Part shown: in pieces, positions 11,831-24,492 of the stretch
Position numbering within the stretch: position 1 is the first letter of the stretch
Layout of the letters: the number at the start of each line of letters is the position of its first letter
Assembly (NCBI GenBank): GCA_024704765.1
Contig: JAKMXF010000011.1
Span: forward strand, 789,557-853,556
Length of the DNA stretch: 64,000 nucleotides
Direction: 5' to 3'
From: Oopsacas minuta
Lineage: Eukaryota > Animalia > Porifera
Notes under the pieces: model-generated
Databases searched by the model: none
The model's input: the letters and a program-made list of their open reading frames with translations, nothing else
Told to the model about the DNA's origin: nothing
Made by a program: the position numbers and the translations under genes

Positions 11831-14800
11831 CTATCGACAACCACAATAACCAACAATTGTATCTCTATAGCCTCGGATAGAAGTTATGGGTATTTCATCA
11901 ACTATGTTAGAAAGTAAAATATAGAGATTCTTATAGGAAGCTGGTACGCATTTCGCGTAACGTGGTTTGTGATGTCGTTGTGCAATGTTATTCATTATCT
12001 GTGCGTGTGTTGTACCATTGTGATGGTTGATTAGTTTGAATGGACAGTAGCCTTTACAATATCCGAAATCGAAAGTTGTGGGATACACGAAGTTATAGTC
12101 ATTTGTTCTCATTATCTTCAGGAATTCTTCCACTTTCATCTGTAAAATGAAAAGGTTATAGAGACTAGAATATAATTTGCTTGAGTACATGTACGGGTAA
12201 TTAACAATTTTTCCTGGATTTCCATTGCAAATCCATTTTTACATTTTTCTCTGAATTTCATATTCTAAAATCTAAGTCAAATAATTCGAAAATCGACCAA
12301 ATGACGAATTTCCCTGGATTATCAAGGGATTCGATGAGGATGAGCAAGTAGTAACTTTGCACAGATTTCGCATGACCTCAATCCTAGAAAATAAACCTAC
12401 GTTGACGTTCTAATAAACAATTAATAATCCATACAATTAACTATTTGTTATTTCATGCTACAATGCCTTTATTGTGGTTGTTTAATTAAAATATTACTGA
12501 AACTATGTGTGATATAGCGCGTTCATAGCGTCTGTAAATCGGAGCAAATTGGCGATGGAATTACAAGGGAATTATCTTAATTATTAGAGCAATAAATGCT
12601 ATGATATTAATTAATACATTGGTTAACTAGTATTTAATGTATTCATGTATTCACCATAAAGGTTATCTTCCCAACAAGAGATAACTCTGGAATATCGTTA
12701 ATTTAGGGAAATATGTTTTGAACAATTAGATGATTAATATACATTAATTATACTATACGCTGATATTAATCATAGACACACTATTTTTAATTATCTTATC
12801 AAAGTTCAAGGCTACGGACGATAGACGATATTATCAACGCGTTTTGTAAATCTTCTATAATAAAAATGCAATTTGTATATGTCAAGACAAATAGTTATTA
12901 TAATTACAATGTAATTCCATTGTTCCAACATTAATGATGTGTGTGGCTACGTATTTACAGTCAATTCACGTTATGTCGAAGCTCAAGGAACCGCGATTAT
13001 TACATCGACATAACCCGATTAAATTTATATTACTTTGATATTTGTACGATTTCAGACTTTGATATAAGCGGGTATTTGATATATTCGCGTTGGATAAAAC
13101 TGGAGTGTTTCATTATCTTAATAAGGTAAAACTTACACTTTGGGATACACGACTGCAAGAAGAAGAAGCTCTCACTTCTCTCACTTTAGATTCTACGTCA
13201 TTTTCTTCCACCGTCTCATCAGTGTATGGTAAATAACGCATGCTGACGTCACGAGGCTCTACGTGTTTCATTACATGGTCATTGTAGAGGGCTAGTAATG
13301 GTAGATGCGATGGAGAATATTTTGAACTGAAAATTTGTTTGGTAATCTTAACCAAACGTGATGAAGTTTCTATGGAAAATGTTAACTGATTTTTGAGTGC
13401 ATTTTGTTCGGTAGTTTGCAATGTTTTCATTAACTCTGTAATATCGAATACGCTCCAACCGTGTTGTGTTTGTTGATTATTCTCATCAATCATTTGGCAG
13501 GTAATCTGTGTTCTGTGTTTAAATGGGAGTTGATTTGATGATATTTCTATATAAAGTGATGTTTGTATCTCACTGATATCAGAGCATTTGTACCAAACGC
13601 GAAGTTCAGCACGTTCAAATGTAAAATTGAAAAACATATCTGAATACAATGATGGGAAAGTTATAGTGTGTTGTGTATCTGTTGATATCTCTAGAAGATT
13701 ACAAAACATGAAAAACTTTTCAGAATCGTCCACTACTAATGCGATAAATCTGTCCAACAAATTCTATACACTTTTTACCCACAAATTTCCATAAATATGT
13801 TAATATCAGTTAGCATTCAATTCAATATATGTTCTGCTTACACAGCGCTACTACTAATAAATAATGGTCAATGTTGTTAGTTTCACAAAGATGAGAGGAC
13901 AAATGAAGCTAATATGATCGTGTAACCCACCCTATAATGCTCTATAAACTATTATATGTTATATATCACGTGGGATAAGATCGTTCATTGAAATTGAATT
14001 ATACCTTATACCTTGCTTCACGCCACGAATTAAAATTCTTATACAAAAATGAACAAATAATTATTTCAGCATTATTCGATGAAAAACTCTACTAATTGAA
14101 CTATTGTGGCTAGAAACTGCGTGGAGGGTCTGGATTAGTTAAAAATAAATAGTTTACTTAATTTCTGTTAAGTTAAGTGTGTGCGAGCTCGCTTATGAGT
14201 TCTACTTCAATTTAATAATTATTTCAGCAGAATTGTGATTGAAAAGTGAATAAATTCAGTCAGTACGATTGGTAGTAAGAAAAATTTCGTTTTTCAATGA
14301 AAACTGATTCAACACCAACATAATGCCGTTATCAGGGCAATGATAATTAGTTGATAATAGTTGGTAGATTGTGGCGGGAGCTAGCTGCTTTAGAGATAGT
14401 GGTAATGGATAGAGAACGCATTGAACGATATTATGTCTAATCTTTGTGGTAGGATTTGCTTTATCTATATGCAAACCTTTGATGTTTATGGGGAGGTAGT
14501 GCGGGGGAGTTGCATATGAGGTTTATCATGTGGAAACAATTAAAGGAGAGCAGATTCTAAATATCATAATACTTCATATACAGGATCGCCTTTCATCAAC
14601 CTTAATTGGAGCATTCGTTTACTAGGAACAATTCTCTATCCCAATATAAAGTTGAAAAATACAAATTCAGTTCCTGCAAAATTTGATCCCAGTGTCACTC
14701 CAGCGATTAATTTGGAAATGAACATAGTTATATTGATAAATCTATGGTTTATTGTGGTTTAATCCAGCTCTAATATCAAAATGTATGTTTATAAAAATTG

Positions 14801-15147
14801 GTTGTTTTTCTTGGTAAAATGTGAAATAAACAAACAATGATGAGGAAATAATTAATGAGCTTACCATCGAAAAATCCTTTGTAAACTTGCATCGAAGGTT
14901 CAGTCGCGAATAGTTGATCATTCGCGGAAAGTTGGTTATAGAAATTGTGTAAAAATGGTGGGATATATGATGCGATTTGACTTACACTATTCATGCGGCT
15001 ATTTACATTGTTGTTATCAATATTCGTTGATACGTCCTTTTCAATATGAGGTGATAAAGATCTGTGTAAAGGCGCTTGAAATGATAGGGTGAAGAAAACC
15101 GCGAATATAAACAAGATATAATAACCTATTCGCAGAAAAACTTTCAT
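11831..15147 (-). CDS. TGF-beta superfamily ligand precursor, 3 exons, ~396 aa
   Basis: Exons 15147..14865 (signal peptide), about 13735..13137 (propeptide with AELRVWY, GWSVFDIT, PLLALY and REVR furin-like site; acceptor chosen for phase), 12139..11831 (mature domain GYCKGYC...KCVP...GYCGCR). Confidence 0.9.
12958..13107. mobile_element. MITE family A copy (degenerate right end)
   Basis: TA-CAGTCAATTCACGTTATGTCGAAGCTCAAGGAACCGCG; internal GATATAAGCGGGTATT motif shared with the family; TGF-beta intron 2. Confidence 0.75.
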
Positions 15148-15726
15148 TGGGTACGAGTTGCAATAATTCGTTCAAAAGTAAGTAATACACTTGTATATTG
15201 AATACAGTTTGATTGGGTATATAAATACTTATTGCAAAGCTATGTTATACACGATTGAATGGTACAAGTTGTACGAGCAAAGCCTAGCTATTCAAAATTA
15301 CTTATAATTATGAGGCATTAGACAATACGATATTTATACTTGTATAGTGACAGTAGCAACCACTCATGACTTAGTTGTTGTAGTAGCTTGCACTTGTTGT
15401 TGAGGGAATTGACATGAAATTCTTTTGGTTGCTAAGGAGGATGGGTCAAAATTATTCCAGTTGGGACAACTGCTTCTCACGCTGGACATGTTGCTAGGTA
15501 TTATATAATGGAATGTGTAGGTTGTGTATTTGCATAATCACTTTGTGAATTTTGCACCTGTCTGTAAGTTAATATGGTTAAATTCATGAAAATAATTATC
15601 ATTTACTGACTTGACACTACTCCAAGTAATTAAATATCTTTGTGTAATGATAATGTAATATATAAACTATGTGTAATGTGTGTGTAAGTAGTGAGCTTAG
15701 GATAAGACGAACCAATCAGGTCCTTA

Positions 15727-15811
15727 CAATGGTTATCCACTTGATATTACACCGGATAAAGCGAACGAATTTTGACCGTCTGTTGGTGTTCGTATTAACG
15801 AGGTTCCATTG
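15727..15811. mobile_element. Short MITE with CAATGG TIR
   Basis: TA-CAATGG ... CCATTG-TA with an internal GATAAAGCG/ATTAACGAGG pattern like the other MITEs. Confidence 0.55.
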
Positions 15812-18771
15812 TACTTGGCTCGTCGCTTCGCGATGAACTCGGCGCATTGCGCCTCGAGGTATCCATTATTCTCCGAATTAACGGCCCCTTTGAGTTTTAT
15901 AATATAGATATATTTAGAACAATGTAATTCACAAATATATGTGCCCTGGGTAGCCGTTTAGAGCAAGCCTGTATCCACTTTTGAGATTTGGCTAATTTTA
16001 CTTTATACACATAAAAACAACAATAAAATTACATATAATTAATCTAAAAAGTGTGAAAATCGGATTCAGCATGTTCGATATATTTAGTGAAGTTTTATTG
16101 AATTCTATTTACTTCCTTGATAAACACGATAAATACATAGTTATGCGACAATTTCAAAATTGCATATCGTACATCCTTTCCTTGACAACGGACAAACAAA
16201 CAAACAAACAAACAACAATTGAGATTAATAATATAGATTTATATTTCCATTCTGTCATATTAACTCTAATCCAAGATAATATCTAACTTATCGGATTATC
16301 ATAATTGCATATATCGTTATCAGGTATAATTATGGGTTTTCGCAGTTGATTATTATAATTATTATTAATTCACACTCGTTTAATAATTATTTTGCGAATT
16401 TAGAAGTTTATTGCTAATTCATTAATGTAGTTTGTATTAAGCCATGAATTTGCAGTATTCGTAGAAACGGTATTATATCTTAAATCGTTATCTTTCAAAA
16501 TTCCAACTCGATATCAGTAGGTAAGGTTATCGTCCACATGTTAGATCACAGGTACACGATAAAATATTACGAAAGTGCAGGTGTATTCTGTAGGTAGCAG
16601 AGGAGATAATAGTTTTATCAAAATATTATCGCAGCCTCTTAAACGCAAATCAAAGTCTTTAGATTTCTAACCCACATATAGACGACTAGGTCTAGAGACT
16701 ACGGCACTTATCATCTAACATAGAATTTGAGATAATAATTTCTTACTTAAAGTATTATCATTAATCTGCTAAATCGTTTCTATTCCACCATATATTGCAA
16801 ATGTTTTCTAATTATACTGGCGGAATATTCATAAAATGATGAATATTGAATTATATTTTTTGAAAGTGGCGAAGTCTCACAAAAGTGAAAATAACCCGAT
16901 ACTCTCTCGAATTAAATAACTTCAATCATCTATATAGTAATCGGTAATTAAAGGCTCTTGAATTAACTTGTTGATTTCCCTCGAACAACTGTTACTTCAA
17001 CATTATCTAACAATTTGTAACGCGGCCCTTGTAGGCATAATGTAAGAATTATGTCAAATTAAATTACAAAATATCTAGCAAATGGAGCTTGCTCGGCCAA
17101 CATGGGCTAAAATTTTAGTATGTACCAGATGGAAATCGGACATCACGTTCGATAAAGTTGATTAAAAACCCATGAAATACGCTAAATATATATAATCCAG
17201 ACTTCAAATTGGTCAATTTAAACTCGATAAAAATCGGCGATTACTTAATGTTCAAATTACAAAACATGCAGTATGGTACTGATGCTATACAGGTGCAGTG
17301 TAATTACAGAAAGTGGAATTCAGAGTTTTTTGAATCATATCAGTATAAGAATTACTATAAATGAGTGATACAGCATTTCTATACAAAATATAATGCAAAA
17401 ATCACCTAGAAATTCCACACCATTCATCAGATAAAACCACATTAATCGTTTAGAAATCTGCAATAGACACATGTAGTACGCTTTTAAATTTAAGTCTAGT
17501 TTCATTACATTTACATATTGTATGCCTTAGGTTATAAGATAATGAGATTTGTGTTAACATGTTGGTGATAAGTTAATATGCATTGAGTAACGAGAGTACA
17601 CGATAAAGGTTATGTTGGATTGGCTAAATCGCTGTTAGACGTAATAACCGCGAATAGACAATGCTTCCTGGAGGTATTAAATTGATAATGCACCTGTGGA
17701 ATAGGTAAATGGTTAGAGACAGGGTCAGTGGAACGAACAACAGAGTGATACATTAATTAATATGTCTAAAGGAAGGTAATAATAGAGATTAACTCCCACT
17801 CATAGTATAACTGTCCTCTTACCTAATCAAGATAGAAAATCTTCAAAATGACACAATGGTAATACAAATTGTCAGTGATTCGATACACTGCAAGATATGA
17901 TATATCTTGTAATCAACCCCTGGTGTAATTGATTAGCTATGCTATTCATAATAGGTAGAATTATATTCGGTGCAACCTCTGACACGATTTGATAAATTGT
18001 TTTAGAAGCACGATACCCGGCCCCTCGGTCCTTTGGTGGTACGTTCTGGTATTAACAATTCTACTGTAGTATGATGCAATGTAGTAATCACTTTTTTAGA
18101 AATTGAATAATGTTTGCTAATCGTGAAAGCGATAATATTCTAAGGAATTTAAGAAGTTGGGTAACATGCTTCACCCCCGTGTAATTGAATATAATTATAA
18201 TTGGGCTAGAGCTCTTGATTAGATTGCAATCATTAAGAAATTCAGGATTTAAATTCTTTCTAGTCCAGGACAGATAGATTGGCAAAGATAACAGGATTAA
18301 GAACATATTCATTCATGATTAGTTCGAAAGTATGTAGGAATAAGCATTGATACAATATATTTATTCAAATAATTTCCTATATTGTATTAGGCGTTTAACA
18401 AAATATGATTTTCACGGACAAAATAACTTAAACAAAAGAATATTTAATCCAAATCAGGGTAAGTGAATTTACCTAGACATGTTGATCATGTGTGTAAGTT
18501 ATCTAGAACTATTCCCAAATTAGTAATAATTACTCAAATATGGTTGATGAGAGGAACTCCTTAATTTTGAGATACAGACCTCCAAACATTATCCTGAAAC
18601 TTTCAACCATAAGAAAGGCATTTGGCAGTAATTGCTAGGCAAAAGTAACATAAATATACATACGCCTGCTTAATACAGGTGTAACCCCAAATATTCATGA
18701 ATTATCATATCATTGTCTCAGTTATTACTTATATTTCAAAACTATTGGATAATTCTAGGTAATATGTGTAA

Positions 18772-19068
18772 TTAATTGGACTTTCTAGCTAATTCTGCCT
18801 CTAATGATTTCACACGCTCCTCCAGGAATTTATTCCTCTTCTCCAATTCAACGACACGATTATCAGAACTGAGTTCTTCGTTTGCATGTTCACGAACATC
18901 AAGACGTTGTATAACCTTGCTAAATCTCTCATCTATGGAAAGTACTTCTATCGGTTTAATTATTGTTTTTTCAAGGAATTTATAGTATTCTTCTTCGAAT
19001 TTCGCGCGATCGAGCCAGATTGTTTCTGTGGAATCCAAGAGTTTAGTGGGTAAAGTTACAAGTGACAT
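18772..19068 (-). CDS. 98-aa protein resembling the N-terminal half (W-x-D motif + leucine zipper) of elongation factor 1-delta
   Basis: ETIWLDRAKFEEEYYKFLE resembles the EF1-delta IWFDK-x-x-YDDAE motif; heptad RVVELEKRNKFLEERVKSLEAEL; TAG acceptor 6 nt before ATG. No GEF-domain exon found downstream. Confidence 0.6.
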   Translation of the reverse strand: MSLVTLPTKLLDSTETIWLDRAKFEEEYYKFLEKTIIKPIEVLSIDERFSKVIQRLDVREHANEELSSDNRVVELEKRNKFLEERVKSLEAELARKSN

Positions 19069-19824
19069 ATTATCCTATACGTTAAGGGCTAAAATATAAT
19101 AATGAAACTCATATGTAAAACCAAGAATGATCTATACGCATTTTTGAAATATTTAAAATTTGTTACTCCCCAACGTATATACATATGACATATCAATTTT
19201 TGAGGGTAGAGCCTTGGCTTTGCAAGAACTAGCATCGTGGTTAATAGAATTCTCTCAACGAATTCTTGGTAGGTCTGTACCAAAAGAGGAAAGGAAAAAA
19301 GGAAAAATGTCCACTTCACCTCGCTCGAAATTTGATAGTACGAATCTCCAATTTAAGGTCAAAGCCCCAGTTTTATAGAAATAATTCGAGCAATTATTGA
19401 ATTTTCGGTTAAGTGTGATTTTAATTCGTACAGCCTAATGTATAGCATTATGGAAATATAAACCTCACAAACTAAAAGTACAATAAGATAACTTTAAATA
19501 ATCTATAAGTGATAATTATATGGGAAATGATAAAACGCGATTAGATCAAATATGGTCGGCACTACACCGCAGGAGACTAACATAGTAAGAAAGCTGACAG
19601 ATATTAACCATAGTCTGAATACTAAAGTAAGTAATTAAAATCTCATTAACACACCGATTGCATAAATCGGTAACATGAGACTTGTTTCTTTCATAAAGTG
19701 ACCAAAACTAAGTGCTTATAAAGACGTGGAGAAGTTGGCTTGGGAATACAATGGCGTTATAATTGGGAAAGATTCGAGCAGAATTTCCTATCCACAAATT
19801 CAGGCGCAAACATTACTAAAGCTA

Positions 19825-19926
19825 CAGTCATCTCCCGTTATATCGAAGTTCAAGGGACCCCAATAATATATTCGATATAAGCGGTAATTTCAATATATCC
19901 CTGTTCGACATAAAGGGAATTAACTG
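19825..19926. mobile_element. MITE family A copy (short)
   Basis: TA-CAGTCATCTCCCGTTATATCGAAGTTCAAGGG ... GGGAATTAACTG. Confidence 0.75.
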
Positions 19927-20061
19927 TGTTTCCATTTTAGAGAGATGTATAGTTAGAACTTTATGAAACGAAGGTACACAGTTATAATTACAATTACATA
20001 CACTTGATCAAAAAAGAAACCATAATAACAATCAAATCAATTGAATTACCATTTTATAGCC

Positions 20062-22917
20062 TCAATGTTTTCTATTGTCTGTACGCTCGTATATACCGCC
20101 AATATTTGAAGCTTGTTTACGACGATCGACTAATTTTTCCCTATCATTCGTATTCATCCATGATAGCCTGGCTCCAGTAGCTGCTGCCCCGATATTACTT
20201 GTAATTGAATCCAAACGATCTTTGTAAACAAATTCATACTCGATGTCACTGTTATAATGAACCTGTAGGATATCGTTATGAAGTTTACGTAGGCTCTCTG
20301 CTTGGTTGAAAATAACAACAAGTTGATCACAGTAATATTGTTTATCAGCTGATTCGACTCCCAAACGATGACGTATTGATTTAACATTCTTTTTATAAGA
20401 TCCTACGATAATGTACTGTGCATATGCGAACAGTAACAATAAAGTTATGATCGAATACGTCACTCCAGGGCTTTTAATTAAATCAACGATATTAATAGCT
20501 ACTTCTGATCTGCTGATATAGATTTCAATTGGCCCGACGAAACTATCAAAATTCCTGAAAGGGCCGCATTCATCGGAAGGTTCAAGCTCAAGTAACATGT
20601 AAAGAATTGCCGCGAGACTTGCGAAATATATTAACATGAGTAGCAGGATGTAGAATAGGTTATTTCGAGCTGAGCGATATAAACCGCGAGACGAAGGACT
20701 ACAAAACCAAACACAACTATACTTTTTGACGTAGAAAGTAACGAAAAATGTTACTGAAGCAATCATTGGTAGAAATGGACAGAAGAATACGCCTAGAAGC
20801 ATTAGAGCTTGTGCGTATATCAAATCTAATACACTTTTTGCAATGATAAATTCTGGAGGATTTGTAACTAGCTTGGCTAGGAGATCTGCGTATTTCTTGA
20901 TAAATTGCTTTTTGACAATTTTGGAAACACGATTCCAAATTTTGGGACCGAAACGGTGAAGAAGATAACGTGATATTTCAGGAAATAGAGTTGTAATTAT
21001 CGCAAATACAAAATTAGTTACAGCTAAACGGTAGAATTCCTGACCGAAATAAGTTTCCCAACAACTAAATGACTGGCATTGAAATGAAGTTACGTTCAAA
21101 GTAGTCCCTAAGGCACCGTTGATAAAATTCGCAACTTCTTGTGGATTAAATTCAGTTGTATTACCAGCTGATACGGAGACATCCCCACCCGCTTGTATGA
21201 AAAGATAACTCACAAATAGTGTCAAAGTCAAAACAATCAATGAGGCTAATCGAATTAACACTGAACGAACTAAAGTTATTTTTAGCTCATAACTCTGTGT
21301 ACGGAATCGCTCATATTGTGCGAAAAATGGGAAAATAAACTGTAGCAGAAAATTGAGGATAACAATCGTGAGTGAATTGATTATCCCGGGGATGTTTATA
21401 CCCAAAGGCTGCAGGAATTGAGCTTGTGCTTCCCCAGGACAACGATTAGCCAAAGCCCATAATGTTGAAAATACTATTATTACGCCTGAAATTGCTAGAA
21501 GTAGAAAGGTGAGAATGTTAAAGAAAATTCGCAGGAATATTACCGCGAGCCATTCTTTCCATGAGCGGTGGAGATTTTTCGCGATTTGTTCATCTATTTC
21601 CTCTTTCAAATCAGTCGTGATTGAATGATGACGTAATTTCGCAGCTTTCTCATTAGAAATTCCATAATCCCAAGCACCGAAAACGCGATTGCAAGTTTCC
21701 GCAGATGTTTGACCACCTAGTGTACCATATGATTCGCGAAAAGCTTCACCAAGTTTGTAAATAAGCGCAATTAGGAACATCAAGAGAATTACAAGATTTG
21801 TGAATAAATACGCATATGGCATACTATACTGAAATACCGCATTTTCTGGATCATCCCGTTTAGGAGTGGCAATAATCTCATCGGTATAACTGCCATAAAA
21901 CAACTCAGTGTTTTCAAACCAATTATCCCCTGTCACGAGACCAAGGATATCCTCTTGGGGTTTGAAACGTATACGTGCTACGAGCGTTGAATTGAACTCT
22001 ATGACGTAATTGAATAGCAACTGAGGTAGTATGATAAACATAGTTGCTATGATAAACAGCACAAAGTTTATTAGAAAGATGAAACGTAGGAAAATGAAGT
22101 AAGAAACAACTGACGTACCGAATATACTCTCCACATGTTTCATTTCGCTACCCCAGAATGAAATAGACTTCACGTTATGCCAAATACTTTTGAAGCGTTC
22201 ATAATGTATATAACGCGCCGTGTACCAGAATCCATGCACTGAGGCTTGGCGTTTGATTTCATCACGTTTGAGTAGTTCAGTTGCTCGACGATTTCGTAAG
22301 TTCTTTGATTGATTTGGGAATGATTCAGTTGATAAATTTCGCGGTAACACACTCTGCTCAGTAGCTATAACTGCAAGGGGTTCATTCGGACCATTTTGCG
22401 CACATTGCCATTCAAATTCATTGTTTTCATTTCGCATTACAACTGGAGAAGCTTCATGGTCATGGTTAGATCTTACTACAGGTGGCTTTGATTCGGTTAA
22501 CGCTGAAGGGACCCGTTTTATCTTATTTTTCCTAAAAGATTTTTCACTCGCTGCACGTTTTACTGTACGTATTTTCTTATGGAAATCACAGTCTAATATA
22601 ACTCCTTCATTATCTTTACCACAAAATTCCTCCATAATTCCTACTATTTTACATTCATTCAATAGCATTTTACTGGGCGCATTTTCTATGATGTCATCAC
22701 TTGTAACCGGCCAAATAACCTCACTACTTTCTTTCTGCTTTATCTCATCATTATGGAAATTATCTATTACTTCTGTATCAGCTGGCGTTTCTATATATTC
22801 ACCTAGTACTTCTTTTAATTCAAAATTCGCCATATTAGTTTCTATGCTAGAAACTCCAACCTGTGTATCTTCTGTTTTGTTTGAGAATAAGTTTACTCGA
22901 CTGTCACTTTGCGCCAT
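20062..22917 (-). CDS. Transmembrane channel-like (TMC) protein, single exon, 951 aa
   Basis: TMC hallmarks IESIFG-like KHVESIFGTSVVSYFIFLRF, VFGAWDYGI, CWETYFGQEFYRL, FIIAKSVLDLIYAQ, GVFFCPFLP, PSDECGPFR. Paralogue number not assignable. Confidence 0.93.
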   Translation of the reverse strand: MAQSDSRVNLFSNKTEDTQVGVSSIETNMANFELKEVLGEYIETPADTEVIDNFHNDEIKQKESSEVIWPVTSDDIIENAPSKMLLNECKIVGIMEEFCGKDNEGVILDCDFHKKIRTVKRAASEKSFRKNKIKRVPSALTESKPPVVRSNHDHEASPVVMRNENNEFEWQCAQNGPNEPLAVIATEQSVLPRNLSTESFPNQSKNLRNRRATELLKRDEIKRQASVHGFWYTARYIHYERFKSIWHNVKSISFWGSEMKHVESIFGTSVVSYFIFLRFIFLINFVLFIIATMFIILPQLLFNYVIEFNSTLVARIRFKPQEDILGLVTGDNWFENTELFYGSYTDEIIATPKRDDPENAVFQYSMPYAYLFTNLVILLMFLIALIYKLGEAFRESYGTLGGQTSAETCNRVFGAWDYGISNEKAAKLRHHSITTDLKEEIDEQIAKNLHRSWKEWLAVIFLRIFFNILTFLLLAISGVIIVFSTLWALANRCPGEAQAQFLQPLGINIPGIINSLTIVILNFLLQFIFPFFAQYERFRTQSYELKITLVRSVLIRLASLIVLTLTLFVSYLFIQAGGDVSVSAGNTTEFNPQEVANFINGALGTTLNVTSFQCQSFSCWETYFGQEFYRLAVTNFVFAIITTLFPEISRYLLHRFGPKIWNRVSKIVKKQFIKKYADLLAKLVTNPPEFIIAKSVLDLIYAQALMLLGVFFCPFLPMIASVTFFVTFYVKKYSCVWFCSPSSRGLYRSARNNLFYILLLMLIYFASLAAILYMLLELEPSDECGPFRNFDSFVGPIEIYISRSEVAINIVDLIKSPGVTYSIITLLLLFAYAQYIIVGSYKKNVKSIRHRLGVESADKQYYCDQLVVIFNQAESLRKLHNDILQVHYNSDIEYEFVYKDRLDSITSNIGAAATGARLSWMNTNDREKLVDRRKQASNIGGIYERTDNRKH

Positions 22918-23235
22918 TTGTAGTGGGAATAACGAAGGCCTATTTTGAATTATATTATTAGAATAAATGGTGTGTTTCAGTGGCTTATCAAATCATCGTA
23001 TTTTCACCTAAATGATTTTGCATAATTGCAAAGTTATTCCCTTATTTGAATAACTAGAAAAGTAAGCTAGGAATTCAATATTTTGATATTTTGTGTTCCT
23101 AGAGATATACTTGTTACTAATAACTGCGGGTAAATATGCCATATTAGATAGAACCCTCCCTCTTGAAATATATTATTTATGATGCCATAAATTCTTATTT
23201 AATAGTAACTCTATAAATGAATAATATATAAATAA

Positions 23236-23874
23236 TTAAGTGATCTTGAGAGCATACTCCTTCTCAAATATTTGTGTGAGATAATTAACAAGAATATATT
23301 GATTCTGTCGCAACAGGGCTCGTAACTGATTTCCACCTTGGTTTAAAATACCAAGGATTTGCCCTTGTAACATTTCTTTATCTGGTAATCTTGACAAAGC
23401 GATCAGCTGTTCATTTCCAAGTAGTGTATTCTCATAGACTGCACCTAGAAGCACGAAATTTGACTGTTTATTCACTAGTTTTATGAATTTCTGTATTGGA
23501 CACTTGTTTGAGTAAATAGTGATCGTTTTGCTGATGAAAAATTGCGTTAGATGTTTGTATTTAGTTTGGCTTAAGTATACCTGGCAAGTTATGTTTGGGA
23601 AAATTGTGAGATAAATACCTTCATTAGACATTTCCCTTCTTAATTCAGCCCATACATCAGAAGATTTATCGTGGTAATGGTAGAAAGCTACAATTGAATT
23701 CTCATCTAAAGTTTTCTGTAGCCGTTTAGCCATTAGAATTTCTTTGATTGTATAAGAGCTTTTTGAAATAAGGAAAGGTTTTGTTCGATTCTTACTACAA
23801 CTTACTAGTGAGAATAATCTTTTCCTGATGATGGAAGGTATTGATAATTTAATTGCGTGTCTGAAAAGATTCAT
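23236..23874 (-). CDS. MRPL10: Mitochondrial ribosomal protein L10 (uL10m)
   Basis: Basic N-terminal presequence; IFPN, LLGAVYENTLL, LSRLPDKEMLQGQILGIL typical of uL10m. Confidence 0.85.
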   Translation of the reverse strand: MNLFRHAIKLSIPSIIRKRLFSLVSCSKNRTKPFLISKSSYTIKEILMAKRLQKTLDENSIVAFYHYHDKSSDVWAELRREMSNEGIYLTIFPNITCQVYLSQTKYKHLTQFFISKTITIYSNKCPIQKFIKLVNKQSNFVLLGAVYENTLLGNEQLIALSRLPDKEMLQGQILGILNQGGNQLRALLRQNQYILVNYLTQIFEKEYALKIT

Positions 23875-24492
23875 TTCTACTGAATTTGTCGCTAAAATAA
23901 ATATTTAAAATTACAAACAAAAAGAATATTTCCGCGGGATTTTCAATATGACATCCATAGCAATTTTTGGCTATTATTTGGGTAAAAAGGCTCCAAAATT
24001 TACAAATATTTCCCTTGTATCCTTGTCCCGAGAGGGTTGGCAAGTATTCTTATGTTTCCAGTTACTTGTAAATAGCTCCGCACGGCACTTTGTTTAATTT
24101 CGCTTCATTCAAAATTATCTCAATAAAATTGATCCAATAATGAAACATTATAACATCATTATTAGTCTAGATATTCAATAAAGGTGTCTGGGTTCTGTTA
24201 GAATGCTGCAAATTCAATTAATTTGCAGATGCATTGTGTTACGTTATAGGATGATAGGAGGATAGTCTTATACAAAGATGAGTGGGGTGATTAATTTAAT
24301 TGCCTTCTGGATTATTGGATCAATTATCCTATTATTATGAAACATGTGAGCGTTACTATTATAGTGTTGTGTCGTTTTTATTAATTTGTTTCCTGGCATG
24401 TAAAGTATAATTGAATCAAACCCACTAGCCAGTTAATTGAAGATAATGTTACTATCTATAAGTTTGAATACAGGACAGATATTGTATTATTA

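Noticed and set aside
15148-18771. 3.6-kb non-coding stretch that might hide a gene or downstream EF1-delta exons
   Set aside because: No coherent ORF or exon chain found; better explained as the regulatory region of the TGF-beta gene.
374-23874. Two uL10-family genes (RPLP0 and MRPL10) in one window
   Set aside because: Cytosolic and mitochondrial lineages are anciently distinct and 21 kb apart; likely coincidence.
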